Shown piece after piece: positions 51,001-64,000 of a DNA stretch of 64,000 nucleotides; position 1 is the first letter of the stretch, and each line of letters begins with the position of its first letter. The notes beneath the pieces are model-generated. The model worked only from the letters and a program-made list of their open reading frames with translations, was not told the origin of the DNA and did no database searches. Position numbers and translations under genes: made by a program. The DNA is from Chiloscyllium plagiosum (Eukaryota). The DNA lies in NCBI RefSeq assembly GCF_004010195.1, contig NC_057719.1, forward strand, positions 72,131,335 to 72,195,334, written 5' to 3'.

Positions 51001-53943
51001 AAGTCCGTCAGGACCGGGCGCCTTTCCACTCTGAAACTGCCTCACAGCTTCCTGCACTTCTTGCTCTGATAATTGGGCATTGAGAAAGGATTGTTGTTTG
51101 AGAGTCATACCCAGGAGCTTCAGGTCCTTTAAAAAAAGATACCATTTTGGCCTACCCCTCCTCACAATCCTTGAATTGTATAACAGAGTAAAATCTCTGG
51201 AACGACACATTAATCCTTTTAGAAACACATATTAGGTTCCCAGATCCTTTCCTAATCGCTGTAATGGCTGGTGGGGTACTCCTTTTTCTGGCAAGATATG
51301 TTAAATATTTGCCTGGCTTGTCACCGTGCTCGTGTAAAAGCCATCTCCTTCTTTGCCATCTGCGTGAGCATGAAATTCAGTGCAGACCACAGCGCCATAA
51401 TCCTCTGTAGTTTGACCAATGAGGGTTTGTCAAAGTAGGCCTCCTTGGCTGCCTCCAACCGTGCTTCAAGGAGGCATTGCTGCTCACCCTTCTGTCACTT
51501 CCTACTGGCGGAATATGAAATAACTAACCCCCAGCATTGGCTTTGGCAGTTTCTCAGAGAACGAGTGAGCTACCAATCGAACCTATGCTGATGTCTAGGA
51601 ACGCCTGAAATTCCCGAGAGATATACTCCACCTTGAGGATAAAGAAATCCATTCGCCAGTACCTTGAACCCATTGAAAAGTCCTTAGTCTTAACTATAAG
51701 ATACACTGGAGCATGGTCAGAGATAGTGATATTACTAATCGTACAAGATACCACCAAATCCAGGGTTACCGCAGGGGTCAGAAAAAAATCAAGCCTAGTG
51801 TGACATCTGTGTGAAGAAAATCATCAAATCCCTACCTGTAGGGTGGCGATGCCTCCAGATGTCCACCAACCCTAACTCCCCATGCAGACCTACTAACTGT
51901 TTAATTTGTACTGAGGGTATCGAGGGACCTTTGGGCAACTTGTCTACTGTAGGATCCATGAGACAGTTAAAATCTCCCCCTATAATGATGTGCCGGGACT
52001 CGAGACTTATCAGTTTAGAAAAGGCACCTACCAAATGAGTTGGAGGGTGATAAGCATTTAAAAAAACTGTGTTCTTCCCCATTTATCAAGGCTTTTAGAA
52101 TTACGAATCTCCTGTGTGTGTCTTTAACACACACTAACAACTTAAATGGGAGATTCTTCCTAACCAGTATAGCCACTCCCCTACTTCTGGTATTAAATAA
52201 TGAAAAATAAATTCTGTCAAAGCTATTTTGCTGTAATTTCAGATGCTCCTTGTCATCCAAGTGTGTCTTCTGTAAAAAAGCAATTTCCTTTCTAAGACTC
52301 AAAAGTACTTTCTTCCTCTTTATTAGTGAGTGACTTCCCTTGATATTCCAGGTGCACCATTTAATCAAGTCATTAGCCATAACCTCCTGCAATAACATTT
52401 AAATTCCAGAGAGCAGGAACTCGAACCACAAATCGCTGAGCCTTCATGTAACAGGATCCATCAGACTTAAAAACAATGTAAACTAAAACCCGGCAATTAA
52501 CAAATCTACAAAACTATTGAAAATTAAAAACAACAAAAACCAGAAAACAAACCAGCATATGTAGTGCCAACAGCGCTGAGCTGGGGAGCTCACCCCTGCC
52601 CAGAGGGGCCAACTACCCATCCCAAACTGCCCATAAGTAGGCATCTAGCTATCCCAGCCACCTTCACTTCTCCCAGCTAGAGCCGGACCGCAAACACAAG
52701 CAGATGAATACCAATAGAATACCAATATGAATAAAGAAAATCCTTTTTAAAAATAAATGGGAAATAGATACCCCAACTGTCCTTTGGTATATCCTAACTT
52801 AGCAATTGAAAATTTACATCTCAACTACTGCCAAACATAGTTTAAACCGAATTATTATCAATAGAGGGGGGAAAAAAAAGATAATGCTCCAACCGGACTT
52901 CTTCCATTTCTTTTACAAAACAATAAAAGCAAACCAAACAACTCTATATATACATACTAAAATTGTTCAAATTATGTTAGTTTGTCCACAAAGTCTCTTG
53001 CTTCTCCGTGTCAAAGAGATGTATGGAAGCAGCGCCAAATACCTCAGAGTACTGGATCTCAAGTTCCTCAGTCTTTTAACACCGTCGCAAGATTTTCATT
53101 TCTGGATCATCATCAATGAGAAGTCCTGAAAGAACATGATCTTAAAGCACTCGTAAATTAGGGCCTTTGGATCCTTCTCCTGGACTCTGGAAGCCTCCAT
53201 GACACTCTCTCTATCCTGGTAATGATGGAACCGCACCAGGAGCGGACCAGAATGTTGACCCAGACCCAATCTCCACACTGCGACCTGGTGAGCCCTCTCT
53301 ATCTTCAATCCTCTCATGCCAGCCTCCCAAGTCAAGGAATTTCAGCAGCCAGTCCTCAACAAATTCTGCAGGCCGCTCACCTTCCTTACCCTCCGGCAGA
53401 CTGATGATCCAAATGTTTTTTTCTCCGCCCCTGTTCTCAAGGTCATCTACTTGGTCGTGCACATTACGGACCTGTGTTGCTGGGCTTGGATCCTATCCTT
53501 GGATGAACTGGCGTCAGCTTCCACCACTGTGACCCTGTGCTGCACCTCATCCACCCTCTTCTCCAGGTCTCCCAGCTGCTGCTCATGCTTCTACACCATG
53601 AGCAAGAAATTGGAGCCAGCTTCTCTTCAGTCTGTTTCCCCAGCATCTTGTGAGATTTTGTGAGCTCGTTCACCAGTGCCTGGAAAGTAATCAACTGTTA
53701 GGATCCTGCAGCCTGAACTGCAGACCCGGCCTCGGGTACTCCTCCTCCATTTTTCGGCCTCTCTGGACAGCTGGAAACACAAGTCAGTTGATTTTTAGAA
53801 GGTTCTTGGGACTCCACGATCTTTCCGGCATTCCAAGATATCGCGATGATCTGGGTTGGGCAGGTTAAAGGTTTGTCCCGCTTATGCTGTGATGCAGAAC
53901 TCTGCCGTGTGATCTTCTTAGATTGCCACCATCTTGGATTCCC
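48063..53943 (-). mobile_element. Full-length decayed L1-clade LINE (ORF1 + ORF2), antisense in G2E3 intron
   Basis: 5' GGGAATCCAAGATGGTGG; ORF1 DDLENRG..NIWIISLPEG, IERAHQ, FQDFS; ORF2 TWNIKG, IGGDFNC, SDHAPV, KAPGPDG, GSQQGCPLSPLLF; AATAAA plus A-tail near 48063-48086. Confidence 0.92.
50498..50814 (+). mobile_element. HE1-type V-SINE inserted in the L1
   Basis: Same sequence family as 45841-46147, (TAATC)n tail. Confidence 0.9.
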
Positions 53944-55227
53944 TTTTTTTTTTATTCCTTTTAATTTTTCTGTTTCACTATTGACAGGTCTGACACAAAA
54001 CTTGTCCTTTCTGGTAAATAGGAGATTTATGTTATACCACTATGTGCCTTTCTTGTTTTCCATGGGAGATCCAAATCCCTATCCTGTGTGGTTAACAGGA
54101 TTTGGTGTATAGAAGAGTGGACTAAGAAGACAGAAAGCAAATGGTCACTTAATGCTGGTGGGACGCGCAGTGAATGTGTGTGATGCTGGCATCATACTGG
54201 AGGTGGCAAAAATGGCAGGGTGTGATCTTGTACCTATAGAGACTTGAAAGGGAAGGGGAACTCCATCACAGCATGGGGAAGGGTGAGGGCAAAAGTTGAA
54301 GAAATTGGTCTGATACAGTTGAGGCTGCTTTCCAGCACAATGGAGGAGAATCCTCAGTTATGGTAACAAATAATTTTGGAAGCACTGTTGTGCAAGGTAG
54401 TGGTACTGGAATAGGTGTAACAAAGAAACTTAGAGTGAAATGGAACCTTAACAGGAAGCTGGGTGTTATTAATTGTAGTTCCACTAGCTGAGAGTTGGTG
54501 TGTTTGTAATGAATATTGCTGGACAGCATATACCCAGAAACGTAGACTTGAGTCAGGGAAGGCAAGAGTCAAATGCTGGTCAGTGGATGGTGAAAAAATT
54601 ATGGACATTGGAAGAAAATTTAATTTTTCTTTCTCCCCCCCCCCCCCAGTGTTGTGGAGGGGTCCTGATAGGATGGAACAAAGGAATGTTTGCAACCTAA
54701 CACAAAAGACTGTAAAACTGTGGCCACACCTTTTTTATTTGGATGACATGAGAGAACTTAAAAGAGAAACAGTTCAATGAGAGAACAAACTCATCCAGGG
54801 AAAGGAGCGGGGTGATAAATGTGACTGTTCATCCATTTAGGCAGAACCAGAGAGCCCTCAGATTGACCTAGTGAGAGATGGAGGTGCAGAGAGGTTGGGC
54901 GTCCCTAGTGAAGAAGAGGCATTTAGGGTAGAAAACTGGAAATTATTGAAATACCATCTTTCTTACTCTCTCTCTCGCTCGCATTTCTGTCCAAGGCCTG
55001 CTGTGGTGTTCCAGTAAAGCCCAAAACCAGCTGGAGGAGCAGCATTCATTTTGTGTTTAGGTGTTCAGGACTCAACATTGAGTTCAACAGATTCTGTCCA
55101 TGAACTCCATCTCCATTTTCTTTGTCATGCCTCCTCTCACCACGTGGTCTCTAATCTGGCTGTTCTTTTTAATGTTTTTCTGACTTACATTTCCATTTAA
55201 TTTCTTCCTCCTCACTTTTTTTCTATA

Positions 55228-55665
55228 CAGTCAGAGTCATACAACAAAGAAACAGACCCTTTCTGTCCATGCTGAACATAATCTCAAACTAAACTGGTCC
55301 TACCTACCTGCTTCTGGCCCATATCCCTTCCAACATTTCCTACTCATGTAATTGTCCCCACATCCACTGCTTCCTCAAGAAGTTCATTCCACATGTGGAC
55401 CACCCTCTTGGGGGGAGCAATTTGCCCCCATGCCTTTTTTTTAAACATCTCTCTTCTCTCATCTTAAAAATGTGCCCCCCAATCTTGAAATCCCCCATCC
55501 TCAGGAAAAGACACCTACCATTAACCCTATCTATAGTTCTTATGATTTTATAAACTTCTTTGATGTCACGCCTCAACCTCCTTTGCTGCAGTGGGAAAAA
55601 AAGTCTCAGCCTATCCAGCCTTGGTTTATAACTCAAACCCTCCATACCTGGCAACATCCTTGTAT
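55228..55665 (-). mobile_element. CR1 3' fragment
   Basis: ORF 55340-55657(-): MLPGMEGLSY..RRLRRDIKEVYKI. Confidence 0.85.
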
Positions 55666-56904
55666 AATGCCCCTCACTTTTCCACTTTTCTCTTCAGTTC
55701 TGAAGAAGTTTCATATTGAACTCTGTTAGCTCTGGGTTTTCTTTCTGTCCACAGTTGCTGCCAGGCCTTTTGAGTTTCTCGGACACTTTTTTTCATTTAC
55801 TGAATTAAAAACAATGTTGCTTGACATCCATTATTTCTGGTCTCTGTTCATTCTGCAAGTGCAGATTTTATGTAAGCTGTTAATTATTTTCCTCTAATGC
55901 AGAAATTGGATTAAAATTCAGAATTTATAGTCTCTTCCTTTGCTTGCTTTTTGTTGATTAATAATTGTATGCAAAGACTAGAGGATAACAAGTGCAGTCG
56001 CAGTGCTTCAATGATCTGCTTAAAGTTTGGAGGTCGTCTCTAAGCATTTAGTTTGTGCAATTTGATTGGACATAATTTCCCAAGTTACTTGCATGAAATG
56101 AATCAGAGGCTAACATTGTTTAAAGCAACTAGGCCATGGTTGTCTAAATGTTGCTGCATTGATTTGAGAATCTCTCATTTGTTCCCTGCAATACAATTTC
56201 TTGAGCAGATTATTTTTGATTAGCTCTTTCTTATTTATAATATCAAAATGGTAATCATATCCATTGACTGTGTAATTGTTTATATTTCCAATAATATTAA
56301 CTTTGAACTAACCCTCTATTGCCAATTGCTGTACTGACTGTTGACCATCAAGTATTTTGCCACCTTAATGAAATCAAGCTGTATCAAAGTCCTCACTAAG
56401 GACAATTCAGAGATTTGACTTGGTGTTAGTTCTTTATTCATTCCTGGAGTGTGGACTGACACAGTATTTATTGTCCATTGCTGCCCTGAGAAACTAGCAG
56501 TGCAACATTTTTTTTAAATTTTCAACTGCTGGCATTCTTTAGAGTGGCTAATGGGCCACTTCGGAGACTAATTAACAGCCAATTCCATTAGTGTAGGATT
56601 GAATTATCATAAATCAGACTGCGTCAAGTGGGTAAGTTTCCTTCTTTTAAATAAAATTATTAATTCAGTGTTTTATACAAATGTGACCACTTACTGGTGC
56701 CATCTTTTAAATTCTTAAATTCCTATGGGGTAACAATAATGCTCTTATTCGTGGAGTTTTGGCCAAGACACTCCTATATTAGTTAAATGACATAATCGTG
56801 GCACAACCATCTTGTGATTAGCCATCTTCATGACTGATATGGCATTCAAAGATAACTTGAAATATATGCATTTAGTTTAAAGCTGGGAGAAATGGTATTG
56901 TAAT

Positions 56905-59900
56905 GACAAAGGCACAAGCCAGCAGTTTGATGGAATACTCCCCAGTTGTCTGGATGAGTGCAGTCCAAAACCTCAAGAAGCTTGAAACCATCCAGGACAA
57001 AGCAACCTGCTTATTTGGTACCACACCCATAAACATTTAGTCCCAACATTTCATTCCAATGGTCAGTATCAGCAGTGCCTACCATTTATAAGATACACTG
57101 TAGAAATTCTCCAAGGCATCCCCAACAATACCTTCCATGACCATCTAGAAGGACAAGGAAATGCCACTCCTCAAGTACCCCTCCAACCCACTCACTATTC
57201 TGACTTAGAAATATATTGCTGTTCCTTCAGTGTCACTGGGTCATAATCCTGGAACTCCCTCAACAGCTTTGTGGGTAAATCTACACCAAATGGATAACAG
57301 TGTTTCAAGAAGACACTGCACCACCATCTTCTGGAAGGTAGCTGAGAATTGGCGATTAACGCTGGCCCAGCCGGTGTTGCCCACATCCTGTGAATGAATT
57401 TTTACGAAAGCTGTCGGCTAATGCTGTGAGGCATGGGCTCCAATCTCATCACAACAGCTGGTGGAATACATTCATTCACTAAAGGACATTGTTCTATCGC
57501 TGGTGGTCAGAGAACCAGCAAAAAGTAAAAGTCAATTTCACCTCATCCATGCCGATTTCTCTGTCAGACACTTTTGTCCATGGCCCATAACTGATCGGGG
57601 TGATCACAATATAGTCATAATGTAAACTATTTCTCATCTTGTTGCTTTACCATGAGTTTATCACATCTAGCAATTCAACTGGATATCCATGAAGTATTAT
57701 GGACCATCAGCAACAAAATTCTATTCAATCACAAACTGTGATCTTATGACCCAGCAAATCCCTCCCTCTACCAATGCTGTCAAAACACTATCAATCCTGG
57801 TTCAATGAAGAATGCAGGAGGACATGCCAGAAGTAGCACCAAGCATATCATAAGAATGATTTGTCAACATAGTAAAGCTGCAACAGGGCTGTAGGTATGT
57901 CAAACAGCAAGAGCTCCATGTGATGGAGTTTAGCTGTCCCACAACCATCAGATTAGATCTAAGCTCTGGAGCACTGTCAGATCCAGTCATGGATGTTAGA
58001 GGACAATTGAACAGCCACCTGGAGAAGGAAGCTGCACAAATTGTATGCCCTCCTTAATGAGGGAAGGCCAGCCAAAACTGCTAGATATTCCATCTTGGCT
58101 TGCTCCTGAGGTCTCCAGTTTCAAAGATGCTAGACTTTAGCCAACTCGATTCACTTGGCTAAAAAAACTAGATACTGCAAAGACTGTAAACTCTAATAAC
58201 ATTCTGACATTTGTTCTGCTTTTGTGGACAGAATGTACTTGGAAAATTTTCCACATTGCCAAGTAGTGGCCAGTATTGTACATATACTAGACTAGCTCGA
58301 ATGTGACTAATTCTCGAGCACAAGTTTTCAGAACTATTGCCAGTGGCTGCTCTATCAATCAACTCTCAAAATGATGGAAGTTGTTGACTGTGCTTCTTAA
58401 AAAAATTTTTCACTGACGGGAAGTGGGTGTCACTGACTGGGCCAGTATTTATTGCTTTTCCTTATTGGTGAGATGAAGATATTGGTGAGCTGCTTTCTTG
58501 AACTGCTGTAGTTTTCAAGGTTTATTTCTCACTGCGGTCAGGGCCACACTATTCCTGACCTTCTCCTGGCTTTGATTTAAATGTGGACTAAAGGAGTTGA
58601 ATTCCATAGAGACTGAAATGAAAGTGACTGCTCTTGTCATCAAAGTTGCATTTTGTTGAGTGTGATATTTAAGAGCCCAAGAAAGTCTAGAGTCAATGGA
58701 AATCAGGGCAACTCTCTTGTTTAGCCTCTACAACTGCAACCATTTGCCTTTTGCATCAAGTATGATTCCAATTATCTCAGCACCAGGACATCACTAGTGG
58801 AGTTCTTTGGGATAGAGTCCCTGCCCTAAACATCTTCAAATGCTTTATCATTGATGTTCTTCCCGTTTGAAGATCAAAGTAAAAATATTTCAGTGTTCAG
58901 CATCATTCCCAACCCCTCAGATAGTGAAGCACTGGACATGAACAACAGGATCGGCACAACATTCAAGCTTGGGTGTATCAGGCAAAAGTGAGGACTGTAG
59001 ATGCTGGAGATCAGAGACAAAGAGTGTCGTCCTGGAAAAGTACAGTTGGTCAGCTTCATCCCCAACTTCATCTACCTATCGTCTTCTCACTACGTTCTCC
59101 CCAGCCCCACATCCCCCCTCCAATTTATCTCTCAGCCCCCCCTTTCAGCCACAAGCCTCATTCCCGATGAAGGGCTTGTGCCTGAAACGTTGATTCTCCT
59201 GCTCCCCGGATAGTGCCTAACCATCTGTGCTTTTCCAGCACCACACTCTTGGATTTGGGTGAATCAGTGTCAAGTTGTAGTCATGGTAAACAAGCACTTG
59301 ATGACGACTGACTCCAACAACCGAATCTAACTATCACCAAGGCTGAATTCTCACTATAAACATTCTGAAGTGTACCATTAATCAGAAACTGAATTGCACC
59401 TTCTACATAAATACTACAAGGGCAGGTCAGAAGTTAGGAATTCTGTTTCCTAACTCCCCAAAGCTTATCCCCAATTTGTGAGTCAGGATGTGATGGGATA
59501 CTTTCCACCTATCTGGATAAGTGTACTTCCAAAAATACTCAAGAAATTTGACATGATCTGGGACAAAACCATTAATTTGATTGGCAGCTCTGTTTTTTTA
59601 CCATTTTCAAACTTTGTGTTCCCTCCATTATTGACTCCCACTGCCTGTAATATGTACCAGCTAAGCACTGCAGATACTCACCAGGGCTCCTCTTAACAGT
59701 AAATGCAGAAATGTGTTTTCTACCATCTGGAAACATAAGGGTAGCAGATGCATAGGAATGCCATCATCTGTATGTTCCCCATCAAGACATGCTTTCACTA
59801 TTGCTGGATCAGAACCCTTGAACTCCTTTCTAACAACTGTGGGTGTCCCAAACCACGTGGCCTGCAGACCTCTCAAAGGTGGCTTGCCACATTCACAAGG

Positions 59901-59970
59901 GTAGTAAAAGATAGGTGACAAGCACAAGCTGAGTCAGTGGCTTGCATCCTATGGAAGCAACAAATAAATT
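56905..59970 (+). mobile_element. Two decayed CR1/L2-group LINE copies (56905-57400; about 57480-59970)
   Basis: MEYSPVVWMSA..KKLETIQDKA-like coding at about 56930-57000, repeated near 59490-59570; shared 3' tails. Confidence 0.6.
58982..59254. mobile_element. Fold-back PLE family A-related insert
   Basis: Near-TSD TTGGGTG(T/A)ATCAG at 58969-58981 and 59255-59267; degenerate hammerhead CCGATGA-AGGGC..GCCT-GAAACGTT about 59164-59191. Confidence 0.7.
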
Positions 59971-60439
59971 TATAATTTATATTGGTTTATTGACAACAGT
60001 TTTCTCCATTTCAATTTTTTTGGATTGCAGCCAAAGTATAAAGTCTGGGAGTGGTCCAGTAGTTTGCTGTCAACCTCCTAATATCTTGGAAATCCCATTT
60101 AATCCGAGAATAGTATTCAGCCTGATTGCTGTTGTGCTTATTGTCATTTGAAATAACTTTGAAAGTGTTTTGTTAGGAAGATTTTAAAAATTCAAACCAT
60201 ATGGTGATGCTGAGGGTGATACTGGCAAAATTGTTTCTATTGCCTATCTCTGGTTGTCTTGAGGATGATGAACTGTCATCTTGTAAACCAATGCATCCTT
60301 TGTGGTGGTGTTCCCATCTTAGGCATGAATTCCAGGACCATGAAAGACCACTATTGTGACCATGTCACAGTTGTGGAAGGATGGTTTATTGGAGTAAGTT
60401 TCTATGTTCAGTTGCTCTTGTATTTATTCTTTTAGCTGC

Positions 60440-61160
60440 ATAGAGTCATACAGCATGGAAACAGATCTTTTGGTCCAGCCAGTCCATGTCCACTATGATC
60501 CCAAACTAAACTGGTCCACCTACTTGCATTTGGTTCACATACCTCCAAACCTTCCTTTTTTTAAACATTGTAACTGTACCCACATCCACCACTTCCTCAG
60601 GAAGTGCATTCCACGCATGAGCCACTGTGTAACAATAAAAAGTAGCCTCTCATGTTCTTTGTAAATTTTTCTCCTCTCACCTTATAAATATGCCCCCAAT
60701 CTTGAAAAATTCATCTGCCATTCACCTTCTCTATTCCCATCATGATTTTATAAAGGTTCATAAGGTCACTCTTCAACGTCCTTTGCTCCAGGGGAAAAAT
60801 GTTCCAGCTATCCAGCTTCTCCCTATAACTCAACTCCCAGCAGCATCCTGGTAAAACCTTTTTTCTGAATGGTCTCCAGCTTGATTATATCCTCCTTCTA
60901 ACAGGGCGACCAGAACTGTACACAGTACTCCAGAAGAGGACTCCCCAGCGTCCTGAACAACTTCAACATGACGTTCCAACTCCTGTACTCAAAGGTCAGA
61001 ACAATGAAGGCAAGTGTGCTAAATGTCTTCTTAACCACCTACATGAACCTGAACCCCTTGGTCAATATGTTCTGCAACATTACCGAAAGCACTACTTTAT
61101 TGTATAAATCCTGTCCTTGTTTGTTTTACTAAAATGTAATACGTTGCATTTATCCAAACT
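60440..61160 (-). mobile_element. CR1 3' fragment
   Basis: Begins ATAGAGTCATACAGCATGGAAACAGA (reverse complement of the CR1 tail); GGGCGACCAGAACTGTACACAGTACTCC. Confidence 0.85.
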
Positions 61161-61204
61161 GCAGTTCCTGAAATTGGCCTCATCTTGCTATTTCACTCTT
61201 GTCC

Positions 61205-61786
61205 TGTCTCTCTCTCTGTCACTGTCTCTCTCTCTGTCACTGTGTCTCTCTCTCTNNNNNNNNNNNNNNNNNNNNNNNNNNNNNNNNNNNNNNNNNNNNN
61301 NNNNNNNNNNNNNNNNNNNNNNNNNNNNNNNNNNNNNNNNNNNNNNNNNNNNNNNNNNNNNNNNNNNNNNNNNNNNNNNNNNNNNNNNNNNNNNNNNNNN
61401 NNNNNNNNNNNNNNNNNNNNNNNNNNNNNNNNNNNNNNNNNNNNNNNNNNNNNNNNNNNNNNNNNNNNNNNNNNNNNNNNNNNNNNNNNNNNNNNNNNNN
61501 NNNNNNNNNNNNNNNNNNNNNNNNNNNNNNNNNNNNNNNNNNNNNNNNNNNNNNNNNNNNNNNNNNNNNNNNNNNNNNNNNNNNNNNNNNNNNNNNNNNN
61601 NNNNNNNNNNNNNNNNNNNNNNNNNNNNNNNNNNNNNNNNNNNNNNNNNNNNNNNNNNNNNNNNNNNNNNNNNNNNNNNNNNNNNNNNNNNNNNNNNNNN
61701 NNNNNNNNNNNNNNNNNNNNNNNNNNNNNNNNNNNNNNNNNNNNNNNNNNNNNNNTCTCTCACTCTCTCTCTCTCTCTCACACTCT
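61205..61786. repeat. (CT)n-type microsatellite flanking a 500-N assembly gap (61256-61755)
   Basis: Directly visible. Confidence 0.97.
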
Positions 61787-62820
61787 CAAATTTGTTATTT
61801 GCCTCTGGAAACAATCCAATCAGGCTGACATGAAACACAAACAAAATGTTCCCTTATATAAGCAGTCAGTTACCTTGTTTTGTGGGAGAGCTTCGTTAAA
61901 AGAAAGAAACATATATTGCCAAATTATTCTTGAGTGAGTAACATAGCGAAGAAATGTCACCAAGAAAGAAACCTCACTGGAAACAACATGCTATTGCAGT
62001 TCTTTGAATCATATTAAATCACTTGTGTCATGTTCTTTGTGGAAACTGTTAACTGTCAAAGAAAAATGTTTACTTCCAATTAATAGGTGACAAAATGGTA
62101 CAAATGATTTCACATTTTATAACATAGTACAACAGATCTCTAGAACAGCCCTTGACTAAAACTTATTTTATTTAGTAGGTATCATACTTTAAGCTACAAA
62201 AAAGTACATTCCCTTTTTATACTTGGCACACACCACACTCTCCTCAGAATTACAGACCTTGTTGCAAAAAATCCCATCGTTGTTTACTGTGAGCTAAAAA
62301 TGCAGTTCCAAGAAACAAAAATCCTTTGAACCACATAATTCTAACATCACCTCCAAAGAAAATGAAAACTCTGCACCATTGTGGTGTTGTCATAAATGCT
62401 ATCCAAATTTAATAACTTATAACATTCTACAAATTTAACACCTAATTTACTTGTAACATTCTCTTTCATTGTTATCATGTTGTCCAATAAACTTTTTTCT
62501 TGGCAGAATTGCAATATTTTAACTTGAAATTTTAACTGTTACAAGCATTTTGGTGATACAGTTCCAGGTTCTTTTCATTTTTAGTATTCTTACAGTCTCA
62601 TACGTTGTAATTTGCTGTTTTGATTGTGGCTTCTTTCTTCCAATATATTCAATCTAGGACATTTTGTCAAGGCTGGTAATTGCCTGTAACGTGTATAATT
62701 TTTAGCATAAATTATTATAGCATTAAACTTCCAATCCTGAATCCTTAATCCCAAATTTCTCAAAAACATGAGTGGGCATGGTCAGAAGCCATTAATATTT
62801 CACCTTGGTTATTAGTTATG

Positions 62821-63136
62821 ATTAGATTAGATTACTTACAGTGTGGAAACAGGCCCTTCGGCCCAACAAGTCCACACCGACCCGCCGAAGCGCAACCCAC
62901 CCATACCCCTACATTTACCCCTTTAACCTAACACTACGGGCAATTTAGCATGGCCAATTCACCTGACCCGCACATCTTTGTGACTGTGGGAGGAAACCGG
63001 AGCACCCGGAGGAAACCCACGCAGACACGGGGAGAATGTGCAAACTCCGCACAGTCAGTTGACTGAGGTGGGAATTGAACCCGTGTCTCTGGCGCTGTGA
63101 GGCAGCAATGCTAACCACTGTGCCACCATGCCGCCC
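62821..63136 (-). mobile_element. HE1-type V-SINE
   Basis: Reverse complement of the 45841-46147 family. Confidence 0.9.
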
Positions 63137-63707
63137 ATCTTGCTTTGTTGCATTATTCCTGTTAACCAAAGATTCCAGGCTTAGATTACTTCTGTTTTGC
63201 CTCGGCCTTTAGACACATAGGCAGTAAACTTTGTTTGTCAACAGACCTCATTCAAGTCAAGAGACATACCCTTCCATGAGGGGGCCCTGGCACAGTAAGT
63301 CAAGAGCAGCCTCCGATATCAATCCACTGGCTTGGAATCAGTCAATGAATACTTCAGGTTGTCACAGAGCAAAACAAGACACAAAGCTGTTTTTTTAACT
63401 GCTGAGAACTTAGTTTGAAACTGGTTTGGATTGGCAAAATAACAAACCTATCATTCCATACCAGCATCATCTTGAAGCCATACTGTTTATCCTCTCATGT
63501 CACTAAAAGCAATAGCTGCGTAGAATGGCCTATTACAGTTTGAGATAGTCAAAGTGTCGTCAGTTACTAATATATTCTTTGCCCTCTCAAAGACTGTCTG
63601 ACACGATTCTGTCTGATTTTGATTTTCATATTTTCCTCAATAGATTAATTAATGGTGTGATCACTGAACTAAAGTTAGAGACAAACTCCTGGTAGAAACA
63701 GTAGTAT

Positions 63708-64000
63708 GGTATATACTCGTGTAAAAGTCGAATTTTCTAGACCTTTTTTTTAAAGGTTCAATTTATAGGGTCGACTATTACACAGGCATTATTTGAGGGG
63801 CTGAAATTCATGCTGCAGTTCGAAATATCCTATTATTAGCAGAAGTCTATTTGATTGCTCAACTAATCCCAGGTAAAGAAGAAAAACACAATGAATTACA
63901 GTAAAGGTAATTACGGATAAAAGCAAGAGAAACCAGAATGAATTACTGGTAATAAAAGTTTATTTATACATACTGGTACAAAAATTTACCATGTCAAAGA
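63708..64000. mobile_element. Possible Tc2/mariner-type DNA transposon end (runs off the window)
   Basis: GTATATACTCGTGTAAAAGTCGA ... TCGACTATTACAC sub-terminal palindrome; other end not seen. Confidence 0.35.

Noticed and set aside
61117..61937. Long ORFs of 209-250 aa
   Set aside because: Artefacts of translating through 500 Ns and a CT microsatellite.
1..64000. CRISPR arrays, rRNA or prokaryotic systems
   Set aside because: No regularly spaced repeat-spacer array or operon-like ORFs; the sequence is intron/TE-rich vertebrate DNA.

Overview
Eukaryotic, repeat-dense vertebrate DNA. The mix of HE1-type V-SINEs, CR1 LINEs and Deu-type SINEs suggests a cartilaginous fish (shark); this is inference. 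The one host gene is G2E3 (G2/M-phase-specific E3 ligase) on the + strand. It has a CpG-rich promoter at about 15.0-15.3 kb (three CCAAT boxes, two ETS sites, a TTTGAA CHR), two probable N-terminal exons and seven clear PHD/RING-region exons (23141-46489) with consistent splice phases. No HECT exons were found in the window. The rest is mostly transposon debris: a near-full CR1 ORF2, a decayed full-length L1, Rex1, decayed Gypsy (SCAN/Gmr1-like) and copia (GalEa-like) remnants, TA-flanked MITEs, SINEs and a 500-N gap. The most notable signal is at least three families of Penelope-like elements (PLEs) carrying minimal hammerhead ribozyme motifs. Many are inserted as fold-back (palindromic) units with 12-16 bp target-site duplications (TSDs), and in several independent short inserts the fold-back point lies at the hammerhead itself.
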